Part shown: piece by piece, positions 59,359 through 64,000 of the stretch | How positions within the stretch are numbered: position 1 is the stretch's first letter | Layout of the letters: every line of letters begins with the position of its first letter | Assembly: GCA_022447525.1 (NCBI GenBank) | Contig: JAKVBA010000002.1 | Span: 8,411 to 72,410 of the forward strand | Source: Gammaproteobacteria bacterium | Lineage (GTDB): Bacteria > Pseudomonadota > Gammaproteobacteria > Arenicellales > Arenicellaceae | Reading direction: 5' to 3' | Length of the DNA: 64,000 nt | Notes under the pieces: model-generated | Database searches by the model: none | Told to the model about the DNA's origin: nothing | What the model saw: only the letters and a program-made list of their open reading frames with translations | Program-made: the position numbers and the translations under genes

Positions 59359-61260
59359 ATGAAACCAATATTAGGTACTTGTTATTACCCAGAGCACTGG
59401 TCAGAGGAGACTTGGCAGGAAGATGCCAAGAAAATGGTTGAATTAGGCTTGAGGCTAGTTCGAATAGGTGAATTTTCATGGTCTAAGTTAGAACCATCCC
59501 CGGGTAATTACTCATGGGGTTGGTTGGATCGGGCTATTGACGTGTTGGGCGCACATGGTTTGCAGGTTGTTTTAGGTACGCCCTCGGCAACACCGCCACG
59601 GTGGATGATCGATAAATACCCCAATATGCTTGCCTATGACGTCGACGGAAATCCAAGAAAATTCGGGTCTCGTCGACATTACTGTTTCAGTCACGCTGAA
59701 TACCGAGAGGAAGCTGCCTTCATGGCTGAAAAAATGGCAGAGAGATATAGCGGTAACGCCCACGTGCACTCTTGGCAGTTGGATAATGAATATGGTTGTC
59801 ATGATACGATTCTTTCTTATAGTCCGGTGGCTAAAGCTGCATTTTGCGAGTGGTTGGAGCGAAAGTACCGCCGTATTGAAGCATTGAACGAAGCATGGGG
59901 AAATGTCTTTTGGTCAATGGATTATGGTGATTTTCACGAAATCGATTTGCCTAATCTAACCGTCACCGAGCCTAATCCTTCTCATGTTATCGATTTCCGT
60001 CGATTTTCTAGTGATCAGGTTGCTCTGTTTAACAAAGTGCAAGCCGAGGCTGTGAGAAAACACTGTGATAAACCTTTGATACATAACTACATGGGGCGGA
60101 TTACCGAATTTGATCATTACAAAGTTGGCGATGATCTGGATATTGCCAGTTGGGATAGCTATCCGTTAGGGTTCTTAGTGGACAGATGCGGCGCTTCACT
60201 GGAGTGGCAGCAGCGTTTTGAACGGCAAGGAGATCCAGATCTGCAAGCACTACATCATGATCTTTATCGAGAAGTTGGAAGAGGTCGATGGTGGGTTATG
60301 GAGCAGCAACCCGGCCCTGTGAATTGGGCACCATACAACCCCGCTCCATTACCAGGTATGGTTAGGCTTTGGACCCTTGAGGCCGTCGCACATGAGGCCG
60401 AAGCTGTGTGTTATTTTCGATGGAGACAGGCACCTTTTGCTCAAGAGCAAATGCATGCTGGACTTTTGCGACCAGATTCTAAAGAGTCGGCAACCTACCC
60501 GGAGATCGAGTTAGTTGCTCAAGAACTGAGTGATCTAGGTGAATTAGAGGTGGAGCAGGCCGATATCGCGTTGATTTTTGATTATGAATCATGCTGGGCG
60601 TGGGAAACGCAACCGCAAGCGCAAGGTTTCGATGCTTTTGCCTTGGTATTCGAGTTTTATCGAGGCTTACGAAGGCTTGGGCTAACCGTCGATATTGTGC
60701 GGCCAGACAGAAATGACTTTGATGGCTACAAGCTCGTGTTGGCGCCGGGTTTGTTTGATTGTACTGACCAGTTGAAAGCAAAATTAAAGAGTTGTGATGC
60801 TCTGAAGTTAATCGGCCCTCGCACAGGCTCGAGAGACTCAGATTTCAGAATTCCGAACCCGTTGCCGCCAGCGATAGATGGGTTAGATTGTACTGTCAGC
60901 TATGTTGAAACATTTCCACCAAGGTCTGCTAGAGCGATTGCAGGTGATGGGGCGATACATACTTGGTTGGAATTTATCGAGACCACCGAAACAGTGTTAA
61001 TGAATCTTGAAGATGGGGCACCTATTTTGGTTGGTGATCATGACATTAAGTATTTAGCTGGTTGGCCAGATGCCGAGGGTATGGTGAGTGTATTACTTAA
61101 AGTAGCCGAACTGGCGGGGCTACCCACTCAAAAGCTGCCAGAGGGGGTACGAAAACGTCAAATAAAGAGTCATGAGTTTATTTTTAATCATAATTCTTTT
61201 GCCGTCGAGTTTAACGGTGAGCGTATACCTTCAGCCGGCGTTGTTATAAATCGCCGATAG
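59359..61260 (+). CDS. GH42 beta-galactosidase
   Basis: It starts MKPILGTCYYPEHW. The acid/base region is WQLDNEYGCH, and the length fits a GH42 trimerisation plus C-terminal domain. AAAGG lies 9 nt upstream of the ATG at 59359. The track's longer ORF uses a TTG at 59308. Confidence 0.9.
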   Translation: MKPILGTCYYPEHWSEETWQEDAKKMVELGLRLVRIGEFSWSKLEPSPGNYSWGWLDRAIDVLGAHGLQVVLGTPSATPPRWMIDKYPNMLAYDVDGNPRKFGSRRHYCFSHAEYREEAAFMAEKMAERYSGNAHVHSWQLDNEYGCHDTILSYSPVAKAAFCEWLERKYRRIEALNEAWGNVFWSMDYGDFHEIDLPNLTVTEPNPSHVIDFRRFSSDQVALFNKVQAEAVRKHCDKPLIHNYMGRITEFDHYKVGDDLDIASWDSYPLGFLVDRCGASLEWQQRFERQGDPDLQALHHDLYREVGRGRWWVMEQQPGPVNWAPYNPAPLPGMVRLWTLEAVAHEAEAVCYFRWRQAPFAQEQMHAGLLRPDSKESATYPEIELVAQELSDLGELEVEQADIALIFDYESCWAWETQPQAQGFDAFALVFEFYRGLRRLGLTVDIVRPDRNDFDGYKLVLAPGLFDCTDQLKAKLKSCDALKLIGPRTGSRDSDFRIPNPLPPAIDGLDCTVSYVETFPPRSARAIAGDGAIHTWLEFIETTETVLMNLEDGAPILVGDHDIKYLAGWPDAEGMVSVLLKVAELAGLPTQKLPEGVRKRQIKSHEFIFNHNSFAVEFNGERIPSAGVVINRR

Positions 61261-61380
61261 TGTATTCAATTTTGCGATTCAAACACCACAGAATATTGGT
61301 GAATATTTTGAAAAGACTTTTTCGCATGGTGGCAGCAAGATACAATTGCGTCTGAAATTAATAAAGGCAATTGTTAGCAG

Positions 61381-61923
61381 ATGAAAGTCGATAAATGTAA
61401 GCTTGAAGGAGTTCTTTTGGTTACTCCGCAGGTGTTCGGTGATGACCGCGGTTTTTTTATGGAAACTTACAACGAGCAGAAGGCGAAAGAGCTTGGTTTA
61501 CCCACCACCTTCGTCCAAGATAATCACTCAAAATCAAGCAAAGGTGTCTTAAGAGGCCTACATTATCAATCTCCGCAATGGCAAGGCAAGCTGGTGCGTG
61601 TGGTCAGTGGTGAGATTTTTGATGTGGCTGTCGATATAAGAGCTGGTTCGTCGACGTTTGGTCAATGGGTTGGTTTTACCCTCAACGCTGACAACAAACA
61701 GCAGTTGTATGTTCCTGAAGGTTTCGCGCACGGTTTTGTCGTAACCAGTGAAACAGCTGAAGTAGTTTATAAATGCACATCTCTCTATGAGCCCTCCCAG
61801 GAGGGGAGTGTGCTTTGGAATGATCCGGAAATTGGCATTGATTGGCCAATTGATGAGCCACTTTTGTCGCAGAAAGATGCGGTTGGTCAAAAGTTAGCTG
61901 ATTTACCACCGTTAACGGTCTAA
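61381..61923 (+). CDS. rfbC: dTDP-4-dehydrorhamnose 3,5-epimerase
   Basis: 180 aa. FGDDRGFFMETYN, LRGLHYQ and GFAHGF. Confidence 0.95.
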   Translation: MKVDKCKLEGVLLVTPQVFGDDRGFFMETYNEQKAKELGLPTTFVQDNHSKSSKGVLRGLHYQSPQWQGKLVRVVSGEIFDVAVDIRAGSSTFGQWVGFTLNADNKQQLYVPEGFAHGFVVTSETAEVVYKCTSLYEPSQEGSVLWNDPEIGIDWPIDEPLLSQKDAVGQKLADLPPLTV

Positions 61924-61927
61924 GCTA

Positions 61928-62815
61928 ATGGCTAGAGTATTAATTCTTGGCAAAAACGGCCAAGTCAGCACTTACCTTCAGCGAGACCTTGCGGCTTCTC
62001 ACGAGGTAGTGGTAGCAGGTCGTGAGATTATGGATCTAGCAAACCCTGAAAAGGTTTACGACGCTCTAAAGGAGATTTCCCCTGAGATAATTATCAATGC
62101 TGCCGCCTATACGGCTGTGGATGCAGCCGAAACAGATTGCGAAACTGCTTTTGCGATAAATCGTGACTCAGTAACAGAGATAGCGCGATATGCTGGAGAT
62201 ACGAAAATACCTCTGATCCATTACTCGACAGACTACGTCTTCCCAGGTGACGCATCTGAGCCTTATCTTGAAAGCGATAAGGTTGGGCCAAGTGGCGTTT
62301 ACGGCCAGAGTAAATTGGAGGGCGAGCAAGCGATTAGAGATAGCGATGCCTTGGCAATCACTTTGCGTACATCTTGGGTCTACTCAAATTACGGTAAAAA
62401 CTTTTATAAAACCATGCTTGCTTTGAGTGAGCAGCGTGATGAGCTGAATGTAGTAAACGACCAAATTGGTTCGCCTACCTATGCTGGTAGTATTTCCGCC
62501 GCTACCAAGCAACTTGTTGATATCATCGTAGAGCAAGGAGGGTTACTACCCGAGCAGAAAGGCGTCTATCATTTTACTTGCCAAGGTCAAACTTCTTGGT
62601 CTGATTTTGCAAGGGCAATTTTTGTAGAGCATGAAATCACCGAGGTGAAGGTGATAGGCATTCCTACCTCTGAATATCCGACGCCTGCCATACGCCCACC
62701 TTTTTCGGTATTGAATACGAAAAAGCTAATGAAAGTATTTGGCGTTAGTTTACCGCACTGGGGTACCGCTCTGAGTCAGTGCGTGGCTGAAACTATGGCC
62801 GCGGCTGGTAAATAG
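61928..62815 (+). CDS. rfbD: dTDP-4-dehydrorhamnose reductase
   Basis: 295 aa. ILGKNGQVS, INAAAYTAVDAAE, STDYVF and YGQSKLEGE (YxxxK). Confidence 0.9.
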   Translation: MARVLILGKNGQVSTYLQRDLAASHEVVVAGREIMDLANPEKVYDALKEISPEIIINAAAYTAVDAAETDCETAFAINRDSVTEIARYAGDTKIPLIHYSTDYVFPGDASEPYLESDKVGPSGVYGQSKLEGEQAIRDSDALAITLRTSWVYSNYGKNFYKTMLALSEQRDELNVVNDQIGSPTYAGSISAATKQLVDIIVEQGGLLPEQKGVYHFTCQGQTSWSDFARAIFVEHEITEVKVIGIPTSEYPTPAIRPPFSVLNTKKLMKVFGVSLPHWGTALSQCVAETMAAAGK

Positions 62816-62842
62816 AGTATAGGCTCGAGAGTCGCCAGCATA

Positions 62843-64000
62843 ATGGATGAAAACTTTAAAGCCGAAAACTTTAAAGACTCAGCGGGCGCAGTACTCGGCC
62901 CCGACGGCGCCTTTGCTGATGCCATTCCAAATTTTACTGTGCGCCCTGCGCAGGTGGAAATGGCCAATGCAATTGAGTCAACCATAGATACTAAGGAGAC
63001 ATTATTGGCTGAGTCTGGTACCGGAACGGGTAAAACATTTGCCTATCTGGTCCCTGCTATGCTGTCAGGCAAGTCTACCCTGGTTTCAACAGGTACCAAA
63101 CATCTACAGGAGCAGCTTTTTCACAGAGATATTCCAGCGGTCATAAAGCACTTGGGTTTAAACTCGAAAGTCTCGCTCTTAAAAGGGCGGAGCAATTACG
63201 TGTGTTTGCAACGCACTATGATTACTCGAAACGATGTTCGCCGGCTGGATAAAACACTACAGCAAGAATTACAAGATCTGAATGATTGGTTGCCACGAAC
63301 TAGCACCGGCGATATTGGCGATTTAAGTGAAGTTCCAGAAGATTCTCGAATTTGGCCTTTGGTGACCTCTTCAGTAGATAATTGCTTGGGATCAGACTGC
63401 AGCTTTTTCGAAGACTGTTATGTCAACAAGGCAAGAAAAAAAGCATTAGAAAGTGACGTGGTGGTAGTGAATCATCACTTATTTTTTGCCGACAAGTCAC
63501 TCAAAGAAGATGGCTTTGGTGCTTTGCTTCCGGAAGTTAATACGGTGATTTTTGATGAAGCGCATCAGTTGCCTGATATAGCCTCGAATTTTCTCGGATC
63601 CAGCTTTAGCTCCTGGCAGGTTATTGAATTGCTTGCTGATACGCGTGCGGCTGAGCTAAAGGAAAAGAGTTTAGTACGAGAGCTAATCCCCAAGGCAGAT
63701 GAACTCGATAAAATGGTTGCCGACTATCGTTTAAGTCTTGGGCTCAATGAACGTCGAGTGGCTTGGCTAGAACTCGTTGACGAAATACCGAATCTGCCGA
63801 GAAAACTCACTTCGCTTGCCTCCAAGTTGACTGCTTTTTCTGAGTTGCTTGAAGAGGCTGCTGTAGCCGGCGAGGCATTATCTCGCTGTCATGAGCGTGC
63901 TGTTGAACTTGCACAGGAGTGTGAGCGTATCGCTGCCGATTCCGATGATCAAGAGATTATTCGGTGGGTAGAGATATCACGTAGAACCTTTCGCTTGCAT
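62843..64000 (+). CDS. yoaA: ATP-dependent DinG/XPD-family helicase, YoaA-like (5' part; continues past the window end)
   Basis: Open frame from the ATG at 62843 to the window edge (386 codons). IPNFTVRPAQVEMANAI, Walker A ESGTGTGKTFAYLVP, Fe-S Cys set (NYVCLQR ... DNCLGSDCSFFEDCY) and DEAH box (VIFDEAHQL). Confidence 0.85.
   Translation, partial: MDENFKAENFKDSAGAVLGPDGAFADAIPNFTVRPAQVEMANAIESTIDTKETLLAESGTGTGKTFAYLVPAMLSGKSTLVSTGTKHLQEQLFHRDIPAVIKHLGLNSKVSLLKGRSNYVCLQRTMITRNDVRRLDKTLQQELQDLNDWLPRTSTGDIGDLSEVPEDSRIWPLVTSSVDNCLGSDCSFFEDCYVNKARKKALESDVVVVNHHLFFADKSLKEDGFGALLPEVNTVIFDEAHQLPDIASNFLGSSFSSWQVIELLADTRAAELKEKSLVRELIPKADELDKMVADYRLSLGLNERRVAWLELVDEIPNLPRKLTSLASKLTAFSELLEEAAVAGEALSRCHERAVELAQECERIAADSDDQEIIRWVEISRRTFRLH

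Overview
This 64-kb segment looks like core chromosome from a marine-type gammaproteobacterium. That placement is an inference from gene content and synteny: holD-rimI, mltD-methyltransferase-rnhA-dnaQ, parC-tal, nhaB and yoaA. I call 53 protein-coding genes, two tRNAs (Ala-GGC and Glu-UUC, each with its own promoter-like element) and a few intrinsic terminators or hairpins. I found no rRNA, CRISPR array, transposase, integrase, phage gene or recognisable anti-phage defence gene. Gene density is high except for four ORF-poor gaps: 23421-24223, 50492-51580, 54962-55355 and 56085-56701. I do not see a clear-cut novel multi-gene system. The stretches most worth a second look are: (1) a membrane-bound CheA-like kinase with CheY and CheX but no CheW or MCP; (2) a 2-oxoacid:ferredoxin oxidoreductase operon led by a GltD-like flavoprotein fused to a ferredoxin; (3) a biotin-carrier/carboxyltransferase fusion with no biotin carboxylase, in an odd operon with exported enzymes; (4) an NRAMP-fold transporter with all canonical metal ligands substituted; (5) a long-form HolD with a degenerate UDG-like domain; (6) a pentapeptide-repeat gene translationally coupled to dnaQ; (7) a 1.1-kb ORF-free region next to the tRNA pair and an XRE regulator, with a mini-ORF plus terminator-like hairpin; (8) a strong terminator hairpin about 10 nt before a glpD-like start codon. 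All functional calls rest on motifs read by eye in the supplied translations. No database search was run.
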